DNA of 64,000 nt from Phaeosaccion multiseriatum (lineage: Eukaryota > Protista > Ochrophyta, other classes): assembly GCA_965112735.1 (NCBI GenBank), contig OZ218950.1:744001-808000 (forward strand). The letters are read 5' to 3'. Position numbers and translations under genes: made by a program. Shown here one piece after another: positions 48,901-61,632 of the stretch. Every line of letters starts with the position of its first letter. Position 1 is the first letter of the stretch. The notes beneath the pieces were generated by a model that did not search any database, was not told the DNA's origin, and worked only from the letters and a program-made list of their open reading frames with translations.

Positions 48901-49844
48901 AATACCACCCAAGGCCTCTTCCTCCTCCTCCTTCCGCGCCGCAATCTCGGCCTCCACTGGACCTACCGCCCTCTGCAACACCCTCACCAACGCGTGCACA
49001 AGCGGATGGCAGTCAATGACGGCCCAAAGATTGCCCGGATTGTGCACAAACTCCACCACTTCCTGCGCTGCCGTCGCTGCCCCTGCCGCCTGAGCCGCCC
49101 TCCGTGTCGCCAGTGCCGTAAACACAGCGGCACTGGCTCGGGCTCTCGCTGCCCGACTCATGCCCGCCTCCTCTGCCTCCCTCTCTGCCTCTACCGCCTC
49201 TATCTCCGCCTCCTCCGCCTCTCTCAGCGCTGCTTCGTGCTCGGCTTGCTCGGAAGCGTGCCCCCCCCGGGTCATGGCGAAGATTTGCTTTTCCCGCCAA
49301 TCCGTTACGGCAGTTAAACGGCGCATGTGCGACTCTCTAGAGAGGTGCTGAAGCAAGCTTCTCCACTGCGCCTCGCTCGCTATATAGCCCTCCTCCTCAT
49401 CCTCCTCCTCCTCATCCTCATCGTTACCACCATGCCCTCCTCCTCCTTGCTCTCCCCCTTCTCCCCCTTCTCCTCCTCCTCTCCCTACTCCTTTCCCTCC
49501 TTGTCCTTCTCCCCGCTGTGCTTTCCCAACGGCCTTCTTTTCCCCTCCTTTCTTCACCATACTCTTCTTGCCACCACCACCCCCACCCCCGCCACCGTCG
49601 CCACCACTACCACCAGCAGCACCACCACCTCCTCGAGCTGCGGTGCCAGTAGACGCAATGGATGAGGCTGCGCTGTTGTTGCTAACCGTAGGACCAACTT
49701 GTCCAGCAGAGGCAACGGATCCAGTCGCACTTTTCATACTACCGGTCGCCATCGCAGCAGCCGCAGCAGTTGGTGATACAGCAACAATTGCGCTCGCCGA
49801 GTCTGCTGGCTGAGTAGGTTGGACCCCCTCCATCCCTTGAGCAG

Positions 49845-49884
<40 letters not shown>

Positions 49885-52800
49885 GATGGCCCTGTTGGTG
49901 GTCCACCTCCACTGGTCGTCGCCAGTAATGGTAAAGAGTTTGCCCATCAGGCAGGCCGGAGTCACAATTTGCGCCTCCCCCTCCCTCGTTTGCTGCCTTC
50001 TATCCTCCTCCCAGTGAAACAGCTCCGATAGACGCGCGGTTACACTCTGCCATGAGCGCAGCGGTTTCACGAGAGTCATTGCGTCTCCTCCTCCTCCTCC
50101 TCCTCCTCCTCCTCCTCCTCCTCCTCCTCCTCCTCCTCCTCCTCCTCCTCCTCCTCCTCCTCCTCCTCCTGCCCCTCCTAGGCGGCCCCTCCTGGCTCCT
50201 GGTGGTAGTCGTGGTGGTAATACGGTATCTGGTGTGTCGTCGTCAGTAGTGAGCAGCAACCCCAGGTCGTCCCAGACACCCTCCATGTCTCTAAAGTAGA
50301 CCACAAAGGTAGTCGGGGCGGCTCGGCCTCCCTCAGGGACCCGCTTGAATCTCACCCCCCCTCCCAGCACCACACCTTCGGAGCTGAGAGACGGCCTGTT
50401 CCTACTTGAAGATGAAAGTGCACCTTCATCGTCATCGTCACCGCTCCTACCGCCGCCGTTGTTGTTCTTCTTTCTGCTACCTGGTCGGCCCTGACCACCA
50501 CCTTCACGCTGACGGTTACAACCACGGTTACAACCGTGTGTATCCGCTGGGGTATGGAGGGACGACTGGTTGGCTTTGGCTCCTCGTTGCTGCGCTCCTT
50601 GCTCCTCTTTGAGCTTCCGCGCCTCCTCAGCCTCTCTCCGCTTCCTCTCCTCTGCTACCATGTGGCGTTGATACTCCGTCTCTTCTTGAAGCACAGTCAT
50701 TAATCCTGTGGGAGGGAGGGAGGGAGGGAGGGAGGGGGGGAGGGAGGGAGGGAGGAAGGGAGGGAGGGAGGGAGGGAGGGAGGGAGGGAGGGAGGGAGGG
50801 AGGGAGGGAGGGAGGGAGGGAGGGAGGGAGGGAGGGAGGGAGGGAGGGAGGGAGGGAGGGAGGGAGGGAGGGAGGGAGGGAGGGAGGGAGGGAGGGAGGG
50901 AGGGAGGGAGCAAGGGAGGGGATGGAGGGAGGGAGGGAGGGAGAAAGGTGGTGATGAACGGGTGATGGGAGGGGATCGGGAGGGGAGAAGGGGATAAGAA
51001 TCCGAAACTCAAACCTGTACACCTCCCCATATGCCTCCAACGCACACACCTGCCCTGAGCTCGTTCTGCGTGAGGCCCGAGCTCCTGTCCTTATCCAGCA
51101 CTTGGAAGAGGTCCCGAATGGCCATCATGTTTCGCGCCATGTGGTCCTCCAACACCTGCATCATCGCCGCTGTCGTCGACCGTTGTTGGTGATACAGCAC
51201 AGGGGCGATGATGATGATGATGATGATGATGACGATGATGGTGATGAGGAGGAGGAGGAGGAGGAGGAGGAGGAGGAGGAGGAGGAGGAGGAGGAGGAGG
51301 AGGAGGAGGAGGAGGAGGAGGAGGAGGAAGAGGAGGAGGAGGAGGAGGAGGAGGAGGAGGAGGAGGAGGAGGAGGAGGAGGAGGAGGAGGAGGAGGAGGA
51401 GGAGGAGGAGGAGGAGGAGGAGGAGGAGGAGGAGGAGGAGGAGGAGGAGGAGGAGGAGGAGGAGGAGGAGGAGGAGGAGGAGGAGGAGGAGGAGGAGGAG
51501 GAGGAGGAGGAGGAGGAGGAGGAGGAGGAGGAGGAGGAGGAGGAGGAGGAGGAGGAGGAGGAGGAGGAGGAGGAGGAGGAGGAGGAGGAGGAGGAGGAGG
51601 AGGAGGAGGAGGAGGAGGAGGAGGAGGAGGAGGGCGTACGATGAGCCGAGCGGATGGCAGTGGAAGGCACAAACGCAGTGAGCGAACCAAAGCAGGCAGG
51701 AACACATCGACTGCTGGCTGGAGTACAGGCATTATTAGCGTGAAGTAAATTGAGTAACTGGCATCGTCATTGTCATTCATGGTTGCCCTTCGCATGGAGC
51801 CACTCCATCCCGTCCCGCCCCGGACGCCACCCTCCCTTCCCTGTCTTGACTCGCACCATCCCCCCCACCACCCCCCCCCCCCTTCCCTTGGAACGCACCG
51901 AGGCAGACGGTGTCTACCCACTTCTTCTTGGTGTAGAGCTGCATGTTGCAGGCCATAGCCACCTGTCAAATTCAAGTTCAAGTTGCAGTTGTTGGAGTGG
52001 ATTAGAGGGGAAAGACCACTTAAGGGCGAGATCGAGATCGATACCCAATGTTTGATCTACTGTGGGTATCGAACTCACTTCTTTGAGGTCAAGGCTTTTG
52101 CTGCCGTCGCTGTCCATGTAGTCAAACAGCTCCCGCACCTCCCGACCCGTCATGTGCACGCCCTTGTACCCGTTCTCCTTCTCCAGCCGATCCTGCACCA
52201 TCTGTGAATGGGAGGGGGGAGGAGGCCAGGGGTGAGTGATGAGGACAGCCGCACTCACTCCGACCCACTCCAGGCAATTTACTGCGTGCTGCGAAATCAC
52301 CAACTGCTACAACAGCTGCTGTAGCTGCTGCTCCTGCTGCTGCTGCAACTGCTGCTGCTTCTACTACTGCTGTATCACCAACTGCTCACCTTCATGCCCG
52401 CCGCCATCTCTTGAGCGGTAATGAGCCCGTCCGGCTCGCCCCCCCCCGAGAGCATGGCATCGTCCATCATCCCGAACCATTCCTCGAGAGACGCACCCGA
52501 CGCCTCGATCACCTGCCAAAGGGAGGAGGGGCGGAGGGAGGGAGGGAGGGAGGGAGGGAGGGAGGGAGGGAGGGAGGGAGGGAGGGAGGGAGGGAGGGAG
52601 GGAGGGAGGGAGGGAGGGAGGGAGGGAGGAACAAGGCCAGTGGTAGGAGGGGATGCAGCTGTCAGGGCCGTCGGGGCAGTCAGGTGAGAGGGAGGGCCAA
52701 TGCACCGCCCCATGCATGCCATCAATCTGAGGAAGATGAGTGGCCAGAAGTTTGCTCCTTCGATCCCATCAACCTCGAGAGGGCCCAAACGCATCAGCAG

Positions 52801-53863
52801 AGGTTGACAACACATGACTGTAATTGAATCTTTCCTTCACCCCCCACCTACACCAGTCCCTTCATCCACTACCATCCCTCCGTCCTCCACTGCCCATCCC
52901 TCGCTCCTCACTTTGAATCTGTCCTTTCATTTATCCACTGCCATCCCTCATTCCCCACGTATATCATCAACTGCCATCCCTCCCCCCCCTCTCACCTTTA
53001 GCAGCCCCTCCATACAGTGTTTGCCGCTGACCTCCTTTCGGATCCTGTGCCGCTGCCGCCGCATCCTTCGAAAGGCGCCCTCCAGCTCTGCTGAGGACAC
53101 TACCCCGTCGTTCGCCTGATCGCCGTCGCCTAGTGCAGAGCATTGTTTAGGTTAGGGGGGAAGAGGAGCGCTTTGTTTACATTACGAGAGGGACTTGCTA
53201 AAGGGCGTAGGTGGATTACGAGTCAAAAATGTACATAGAACCCCTCTCAAATGAATTGAAGGCACACTTTGTGCGCTAATGGCAGAGGCCCTATCTTCAA
53301 TGGGGGGGGGGCTTAAAAGCTGCTGCTGGGTTCGCCATGATTGAGCTAGCCCCCCCACCTCTCAGCGGTGACAGCCCCCCCCCCCCCATTTCCTCCTCCT
53401 GTTGCGTACCGGGGCTGGCGAAGTTGAGCTGCACGCCGTCCAAGAAGCCAATGAGCACGTCCACGTCCTTTGAAGTGAAGCTTCGCAAAACAGAGGGGGT
53501 CTCTGAGAGCGCCTTCTCTTCTTCGAACAGACGATACCTTTGTCCTTGGGGGGAGTTCTTCACCCTGCCGCTGCCGCTTGCCAGGTACTGTTGATACCCA
53601 AAGTCCTTGTTCGAGAGGTCAGGCTGCTCATCGCCCTTCCCTCGGCCCATGATGCCCTCTTTGTGGATGTGCTTGCCCCTGGTCTTCATTCTGGTGAATT
53701 TGCTTGGACTCTGATGGTGATGAGTTAAAGATAGAGTTCCCGAGCCCTCGGGCGTCCCGGGAAGCCCCCTCATCCCACCCAATGCCCGCTCCCCTTTTTT
53801 CTTTTTTCCTTGTTTGCCTCCGCCGCCGGATGAAACCATAAAGTTCCAGTTTGGATTATTCAT
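34252..53863 (-). CDS. Large multi-exon gene (~20 exons): N-terminal EF-hands, central ARM-like helical region, C-terminal region of unknown function; could be two genes
   Basis: Approximate GT-AG bounded exons: 53863-53410, 53129-52997, 52512-52390, 52202-52079, 51962-51899, ~51170-51050, 50706-48208, 47507-47277, 46804-45963, 45453-45362, 45222-44939, 44695-43953, 43803-43742, 43477-43117, 42810-40478, 39169-38396, 37890-37031, 36790-36701, 36567-36043, 35857-35760, 35363-35252, 34962-34693, 34435-34252. EF-hand loops [12 protein letters not shown] and [12 protein letters not shown]. Apparent frameshift near 42110 in homopolymer sequence. Confidence 0.6.
39785..40370. repeat. (TGAG)n microsatellite, ~585 bp, intronic
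   Basis: Directly visible. Confidence 0.97.
43514..43740. repeat. (TG)n/(TGCG)n intronic microsatellite
   Basis: Directly visible; similar (CA)n tracts at 45648-45958 and 54584-54669. Confidence 0.9.
46834..47049. repeat. (GGGA)n intronic microsatellite forming the pyrimidine tract before a minus-strand acceptor
   Basis: Directly visible; similar tracts at 45226-45285, 50710-50910 and 52533-52629. Confidence 0.92.
51245..51632. repeat. (GAG)n microsatellite, ~390 bp
   Basis: Directly visible; preceded by (GAT)n. Confidence 0.97.
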
Positions 53864-54582
53864 TATTCCCGTTCTATTTCGATTTCTCTTTCTCTTTTCT
53901 CTTTTCTCTTTTCTCTTTTCCTTTCTTTTTTTCATTTCCTCTTCTTTTCACGACACCCAGCGCACGACTGTAGGTCCCCCCCCCCCCGTGAGTAGTGGTT
54001 GTTGTCTCTCGCTGGCCCTACGAGGAGTGCAGGCCTACAGGTGTGCTGCTACCCACTGACTGGCTTGACCACGCACGCGCTCACGGTCACTGGGAGGCTG
54101 CCTAGAGGCGGACTAGAGGCCGCCTAGGACTGAAAAGTGAGCGGCCTAGAGCGGTCGGAGGCCGCCGGCCTAGGCCTAGATCGGCCCAAGGCCGAGCGGC
54201 CTAGTGGCCTAGAGCAAAACCGCTAGGCGTGCATGGGGCTGAGAGTGACTGAAGAGTTTTTAGTCGCAGCTAGAGCAGCTAGCGAGAGAAAAAAAAGGGT
54301 CGTACGTTTGATTCGATAGCGGATAGCGGATAGCGCGTCAGGGGTCGATCGAGTACGTGGTACCGGAGTTTTCCTCTTGTCGGATTCTCCACCCACCCAT
54401 AGCATCCTCAGGCATATGAGTCAGACACATACCCACACCACAGACCATATGTGTAATCACATACTGTACCCGCACCACAGACAATATTTATTTTATTTCT
54501 AAGTACTTGAGAAAAAAAAATCTTGTCGCACTCACATACCCATCCGTTCCCTCCGAACACGGGCACGCAAACACACTCACAC

Positions 54583-54620
<38 letters not shown>

Positions 54621-54632
54621 ACACACACACAC

Positions 54633-54673
<41 letters not shown>

Positions 54674-55110
54674 CAAATTCGAATTTCAATTTCAGGGAAA
54701 TGAGAGGCTTGAGCCTTCAAAAAATTTGGGACCGAGTGAAGCAGAGTTGACGACGCGATTTGGCAGACTGCTCTGCGGGGCTCCACGCCACGGTCGTAGC
54801 GTGCGCTCATCAGTGAAGACGCAGGCGTGCAGACTGAGTGCAAGGCAGTGGTGGAATGGGAAGATAGCGTACGTATTCCGGAGCCCCTGGCTCACTTCAG
54901 GCCCCTGAAGGGAACGGAACGAACAACTGGCACAGCGCCACAGCAGCGCAGGAGGGAGGCGGGGAAGGGGGGGGCAGCCGAAGTTGGCGTGGGCAACAGC
55001 AGGAGGAGAAGCTACAGCAGCAGCAGCCGGCAGCGGCAGCAGCGGCGGCAGAAGTTTTGTGCGTGGCCACGTAGTAGGGGTCCGGCGGAGGCGCCGAGAG
55101 CCACTCTGTG

Positions 55111-58100
55111 ATGCCGTCCGCAACGCTGAGCAGTCGGGGCGAAAGTAACAGCAGTAGGAGGAGGGGGCGCGGGTGCTGCGAGTGTCGAGTGGGCACATCT
55201 CTAGGGTTATCTCCAGGGTTATTCTTTTTATTAGTGCTCTTGATCTGCGCCAGTAGCCTCAGCAAGGTAGAGGCGCAGGGAAATGATTCCTTCATCATCT
55301 CGGCCGACAGCCCCTCCATGGATGATCTCATTGAGGCGGTGGCCGAGGAGGGGGGCAACTTCTCCGTGGTGTGGGAAGACACTGTGACACTGACGGAGGA
55401 AATTGTGATTGGCAAGGGCTCCTCGCTCACTGTGACGGGAAGCGGGGCGGAAACGTCAGTCATGGACGGCAACAACACTATGCGACACTTTACCCTCCTG
55501 GAAGACGCCAGTCTAGTGCTGGATGGCGTGACCCTGAAGTTCGGGAGTGCACCACTCGGAGGCTGTATACTCGTCGCGGAGGAGGGCGGCTCGGTCACGA
55601 TGCAAGGGGGCTCCGTGCTTGACACATGTGTGGCCGGGGAGGGGGGAGGCATCCATGCGACGTCGGACACCTCCACCGTCACAATGGGCGAATCTTCTGC
55701 AATCCAATTCTGCAGTGCCACTGGCAACGGGGGGGGCGTTCACATGACGGGTGGCACCGTGCGGCTGCGGGGCAGTTCGTTCATCGGTGTCAACGTGGCA
55801 ATAGAGACAGGAGGGGGCGTTTTCCTCACCGAGGGGGCTACGCTCCTGGTTGAGGGATTCAGCACTGTGAGTGGAAACCAAGCCGGCAGTGGAGGGGGTG
55901 GGGTACAGGCTAATCTACGGGCGACGGTGAACCTGCGAAGGGCTGCCACGGTGACTAAGAATCAGGCCAGCAATGGCGGGGGGATTGCCTTGAGCAATTC
56001 GTCCTCTCTGCTGCTGCAAGAATCGGCCAGGTGAGTCCACCTTGTTGCACAAAGAGAGAGGGAGGAGAGGAGAGCTTGGATTGAGAAGGGAAGAGATGTT
56101 GGCGGAGAAGAAGCGCTGCTGCACCACAACCCAAACAGCTTACACAGCCCCCCCCCGGTCTGCTCCCCGACTGACGCCGCTCTCTCCTGCACGCCCCTCC
56201 CTTTCGCGCTTCCTGCCTGCCTGCCCTCCTGTCCTGTCTTCCTCCTTCCCTCCCGCCTCCCTCCCTTCTTCCTCCCGTTTGCCTCCCCTTCTGTTGTCTG
56301 CCGTCTGTGGGTCCCTCCCTCCGTCCATCTCTTGCCACCAACCCAACCAAAACAGGGTGGAAGAAAATACTGCAGCTGTGGATGGTGGCGGTGTGTACGC
56401 GCACCAGTCCAACATCATCCTGGAGGGGAACAGCCAGGTACTCTTAAACCATGCCGATAGTCAGGGTGGAGGGCTTTACGTCTTCTCAGGCAACCCACTT
56501 CGGGGCGTCCTTACCATGTCCGAGGGCGCCACTGTCAGCGACAACACGGCAGATTATGGGGGGGGTGTCTTCCTTCTCGGCTCTTCCGGGTTGACGATGT
56601 TCAACTCCACGTGCACCATAGAGGGCAACGTAGCCGAGGTACATGGAGGGGGCGTCTATTCGAGCAGCACGGAAGGGGTGGTGGTGAGGGAGGGGCTCCT
56701 CTCAGGCAACAGTGCGACCGTGCAAGGAGGAGGGCAAGGAGGGGGGGTGTATGTGAACGGCGAGTCACAGCTCAGCACGGAGGAGGGCGCAGTGTTCGAG
56801 CAGGTAGGTGGAAGAGGAAAGCTCTCTCTCTCTCTGTGTGTGTGTGTGTCTATCTCTCTCTCTGTCTGTCTCTATCTCCCTGTCCCTGTTTCTCTCGCCC
56901 CTCTCTCTCTCTCCAGTTCGTCCAGTTCTAGTGGTGCGGTGTGTTTAGAGAATTGGTCCCGATGTGTAGAGAATTGGCCCCGATGGAGTGGAGCAACACG
57001 ATTGGTTTTGAGTTGTGAAGGGTGTGCGGTGTGCGTTCCGTTCCGTTCCGTTCCCTGCCCATTGCTATGTTCCGTGGGTGGGTCCGTTCTCACCCACCCT
57101 CTCCCTCTCTCCCTCTCCTCCCCCCCCCCCCTGTGGCCCCAGAACTCGGCTCAACGAGGAGGGGCAGTTTTCTTCGAGGGGGCCACTTTGTCCTGCTTGG
57201 GAAGCACTTTCACCAACAACGAGGCCGATCTGGAGGGCGGCGCCATCAGCGTCAACTTTGTCAGTGAAATGGCCCTTCTCGACGGGCTGCACTTGACGCA
57301 AAACACAGCTCGAAAGGGAGGAGCGCTGCACGTGGAACGCTTCACCCGGGAGGAAGAGGAGGAAGAGGAGGAAGGGGAGGAGGGGGAGGGCGGGGCGGCG
57401 ACGGAGGAAGACAGCGATCAGCTACTCGTGTCAGCAACTGGCGACGTCACCACCCCGATCTTACAAGTGGGGAACTCTTCCTTCATTTCCAATCGGGCCA
57501 ACGTCTCAGGTGGAGCGGTGTCCCTCGGAGTGCGGGCCTTCATTCGTATGACCGACTCGACGTTCGAGACCAACTCGGCGACCGAGTCCGGCGGTGCTGT
57601 CTTTGTGGACGATGAAGCCTCGGTAGAGCTTGAGAGAGTCGACTTGATCGACAATACGAGCGGCGGGGCGGGCGGAGCCATCGGCGGCTTGGCCTCCGCG
57701 AGCCTTGAGCTGTCCTCCGACGTGACCTTTGAGTCCAGCGTCGCCAACTGCTGCTTTGGCACCTTTGGACACGAGGCCCTGTGCAGCAGCCTTGGCGACG
57801 ACGGTGATGGAGATGGTGGCTCGACCTCGTCCTCCGCCTGTAACTGTCAAGACGTGAGCCTCGGGGGTCCTGACACCAGTACTTGTTGCTCCAGGGGGGA
57901 GTTCTTTGAAGAGACGTCGAGATCCGAAGACGGCACGGAAGTCGAAGGGGAGTGTGCGTTGTGCCCCGACAACGACGCTTCGTGCGGCTTCTTTGCGGGC
58001 AGTGGCGGAGTGGTGGCGGTGAAGGAGGGGTATTGGCGGGCGGTGGTACTGACGGCGAAGCAGCGAAAGTGCTTTGTGGAGGAGGCGTGCATAGGAGGGG

Positions 58101-61100
58101 ATCTCACTGTGGGTGAAGTCGAGGCGGAGACGGCGACGACGACCGCCACCGCTGCCAATGCGGGTGTCAGTGCTGTTACAGCTGCTGAGGATGGTGGAGC
58201 AGTGACGGCTGCGACAACGACCACGGAACGGACGAATGTGCTTTGCGCGGAGGGATACGAGGGGCCATGTGAGTTTAGCTTTGAAGGCGGGATGAGCGGG
58301 GGGGGGGGGGAGAGAGAAGAGAGAAGGCATCCATTTTTTGTCGTCGTTACTCTGTGTGTTGCTATTCTCACGCTCTCTCGTGTCGTTGCTTTGTGTGCGT
58401 TTTGTACAGACTGTGCGACGTGCTCAGCAGACGCGTACCAACTGACGGGCTACGTTTGCGAGGAGTGCGGCTCGGGGGCCAAGATCGCAGCTGGGGTGCT
58501 CCTCCTCCTCATCGGCGTTGCGTTGTGCAGCGCTATCGCCTGTCTCCTTTTTTCTCTCGCCAACGGAGACAAGCAGCCGCAGCCCCAGCAGCAGCCCCAG
58601 CGGCAGCGGTCGCAGCGGACGCTTGCGCCCATCATCACCCACTCCGAGTCTTCTTCGGCTATAACCGTCTCTACTCAGCAGGAGGTCGGGCCAGGGCCAG
58701 GGCCAAAGCGCGGCGAAGACGGGAACTTGTCCGAGGAGAGGGAATACCCGGAGATGGGAATGGGAGACAATCGTCTGTTTGACTCCGTCTCCACCAACGC
58801 GACAGAAAGCGGAACCAGCATCATCGGCGGCTGCTGTGGCATGGGCCTCAAGTGGGCGAGGCTGCGATGGGTGCTTGTTGCGGTGCAATTAGCGACGCAG
58901 TTCCCTGCCATCACCGGTCTGCGCCTGCCTACCTCGTTTGAGAAGCTGTTGGGGTGGCTGTACGTATTCAACTTTGACCTTGGCTGGCTCGCCTCGGTGG
59001 GCTGCCTTCTCGACGGGCTGAACTTTTACGACCGGCTCCTCATCACCACCCTTCTGCCCGTATTCTTGGTAGGGGCGGTGTGGGCGGCAGCAGCGTGGCT
59101 CATCCGCTGCACGTCAGTCAGGAGGAGGACAGCGGATGGGGTCAACTCAGACGGGTCCACCACTGCCTCCACAAGAGGGAAGGGGGGGGGGCTATTCGGA
59201 AGAGGGGGAGGGGGGGGGGCAGCGGCGATAGGCCAGGCTCCCGGGGCTACGGTGGGAGGAACGACAACGACACCTGTTGGGCCGAGGCTCTCCTATCAGG
59301 CGCTGGAGGAGGAGTGGGAGAGGCAGCGACTGAAGCGAGAGGAGGCGGCCCACGCCAAGCTGTGGAACGCCTTCCTGGCCTTCACCTTTGTCATCTACAC
59401 CACCACCTCCGTTGTGGCGCTGCAGACCTTCTCCTGCGACGACTCTCTGGTAGCGGACGGCTTGCCCTCCTTCCTTCGCGCAGACTACTCGCTCGAGTGC
59501 GGCACTTCCGAGCACAATGCCTATCGTGGTTACGCGGCCATTATGGTATTGCTCTACACACTTGGCATCCCAGCCGTTTACGCGTGGAAGCTGAGGAAGC
59601 TGCCCAACGTGATTGGCCTTGCGGCTGAGCGGGGGGGGGACGTGAGGTTGTCGGGCAGGAGTAGCCCGACGAGTGCCACCGGGGGAGGCAGCATGGCGGA
59701 GCATGGCGCAACCACCACCACTGCTGCCGTCGACAGCCTACAGCAGCCGCGAGGAGGAGGATCAGGAGGATTGGTCATCGACACCTCCTTCTCCTCGTCC
59801 CGGCGAGGAGTGGGCAACTCTTCGTCCGCCCCGAATACCCCTGTTGTGGTGAGCCACGACCTTGTCAAGGCTACGGGCGGGCCCACAGCGCGGCACTCGG
59901 CCTTTTTGTGGGACGTGTATAACTTGCGGCATTACTTTTGGGAGCTGTGCGAGTGCGCGAGACGGGGGCTGCTGACGTGGCTGCTTGTGTTTGTGGGGGG
60001 TAGGTCGAATGGACACGGAGCGGCGGGCTGTTTGATTGCCATACTCACGCTTGCCGTGGCCCTCTACGTGAAGCCCATCGCGGACAATGTGTGGGGCACT
60101 CGGCTGTACGCGGTGGGGGGCGTACTGGTGTTCCTCACAATGCTCATGGGCCTTAGTATGGATGCAGACGCATGGGATGGAGCGCCGGTCATGGAGGACG
60201 TATTCGGTGGGCTGCTCATCATCCTCACCCTCGTCCTCCTCGGAGCGGGTGTGTTTGCCGCCTGCGGCTGTGGCGAGGGGGGCCGTGGCCTGAAGAAGGC
60301 TGCAGCTGCCCCTCAGCAAGGGCCATCGGGTCGGGAACCTACTCGTTCGGCAGTCGTCGGTGGCGGCCCCCCCGGCTCTCGCTCCGCCTCCCACTCCCGC
60401 TCGGGCTCTGGAGGCTCCGGATCGTCTCGTTCTGGGTCGGATGGATCGGGCCGCGAGAGGGTAAGCGCTGGGTTGGAGGATAGGAAGGCGAGTGGGGAAG
60501 AGTTTGACGTGGAGAATTGGGCCCCGTTGTCTGCGCCCTACTTGAATAGTGTACAGGGAGAGGCGGGAGAAAGCGACAGGGAAGAGAATGGTAGTGAAGG
60601 AACGGAAGGGTCGGAAGGAGGAGGTGTCGGAGTAATGGGAGCAGCGGGAGCACCGGCACTAGTACCGGCACCAGTACCAGCAACAGTTGGTGGTACATCA
60701 GCAGCAGCAGCAGCAGCAGCAGCAAAGGCAGCAAAGAGAAAAGCGCCACTTCGGGTGGACCCTCTGAGTCGATCCCTGTCTACAGGCCCTCCACTTCTAA
60801 AGGGCACCCCTGCCGGCGGGACGAGCAGTAGCACTGGGTCCATACAGGTGGGCGATATCAATAGGCAGCGAGCCGCAGCGAGAGCGCGCGGGCGACCCCG
60901 TCGGGTGCCACGGATACGCATGACCAAGACGAGGCTGTTTGGTTTGGATGAGGTGTCGGATGAAGGAGGCAGCGACTCGGAGAGTGGGAGTGTGGTGGAG
61001 GATCGGAGCCAGGGAGGCTCCGCCAAGTTTAGGTCCAATGGGGGCTTGTCGCCGACGGCGGAGGGGAGGGAAGGCGAGGGTACAGAGGAGCAGGGTACAG

Positions 61101-61111
61101 AGGAGCTGTAG
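55111..61111 (+). CDS. Polymorphic-membrane-protein/pectin-lyase-fold repeat protein with Cys-rich linker and multi-pass TM domain (receptor/adhesin-like)
   Basis: Exons ~55111-56030, 56356-56803, 57143-58268, 58410-61111. Hydrophobic signal/anchor, many N-x-A-x-x-GG(A/G)(V/I) repeats, GYWR and LCAEGYEGP motifs, FLRADYSLEC and YFWELCECARR with several hydrophobic helices. Confidence 0.82.
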
Positions 61112-61131
61112 TAGTAGTAGTAGTAGTAGTG

Positions 61132-61161
<30 letters not shown>
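61109..61161 (+). repeat. (TAG)n microsatellite starting at the stop codon
   Basis: Directly visible. Confidence 0.9.
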
Positions 61162-61164
<3 letters not shown>

Positions 61165-61632
61165 AGTGGGCGTGTGGTACAAAGGGAGGTATTCGATTAT
61201 ACGATAGGGATACGGTACTGGGTCGGCCTGCCTTGGCAGGCACGACGCAGGCAATTTATATTATTTAGTTCATTGATATCCATGCTTCACGGCTCGTCTT
61301 CGTATATTTAGGCTCTCCTCAGGCGGAGCTGCAGCACAGTCTGAATCTAGAGGAGAGAGACACGGGGGAGAGGAGGGAGTGGAGAAATGCAATCATCATG
61401 GCTGGCTGGCTGATTGGAGAAATCGGACGAGGTGCTCACAGGTGGCGGTGAGAGCACCAACGTTGAAGTTCGTCACAGCGGCGCCCCCTCTGAAGAAACG
61501 TCCTCCCTCTCCTTACCCTCTCGGCCACCTCTCCCTCCTCCTCTTCCCTTCCCCGAAGACAACCCCGCAACGATACAGGCTGATGATGAGCACTTGACAC
61601 CTCCCCTTCCCAACTCCACCTATCTATGCAAG

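Noticed and set aside
55111-58268. Bacterial (chlamydial Pmp) contamination or recent horizontal transfer
   Set aside because: The gene has spliceosomal introns, a eukaryotic multi-TM C-terminus and no autotransporter barrel.
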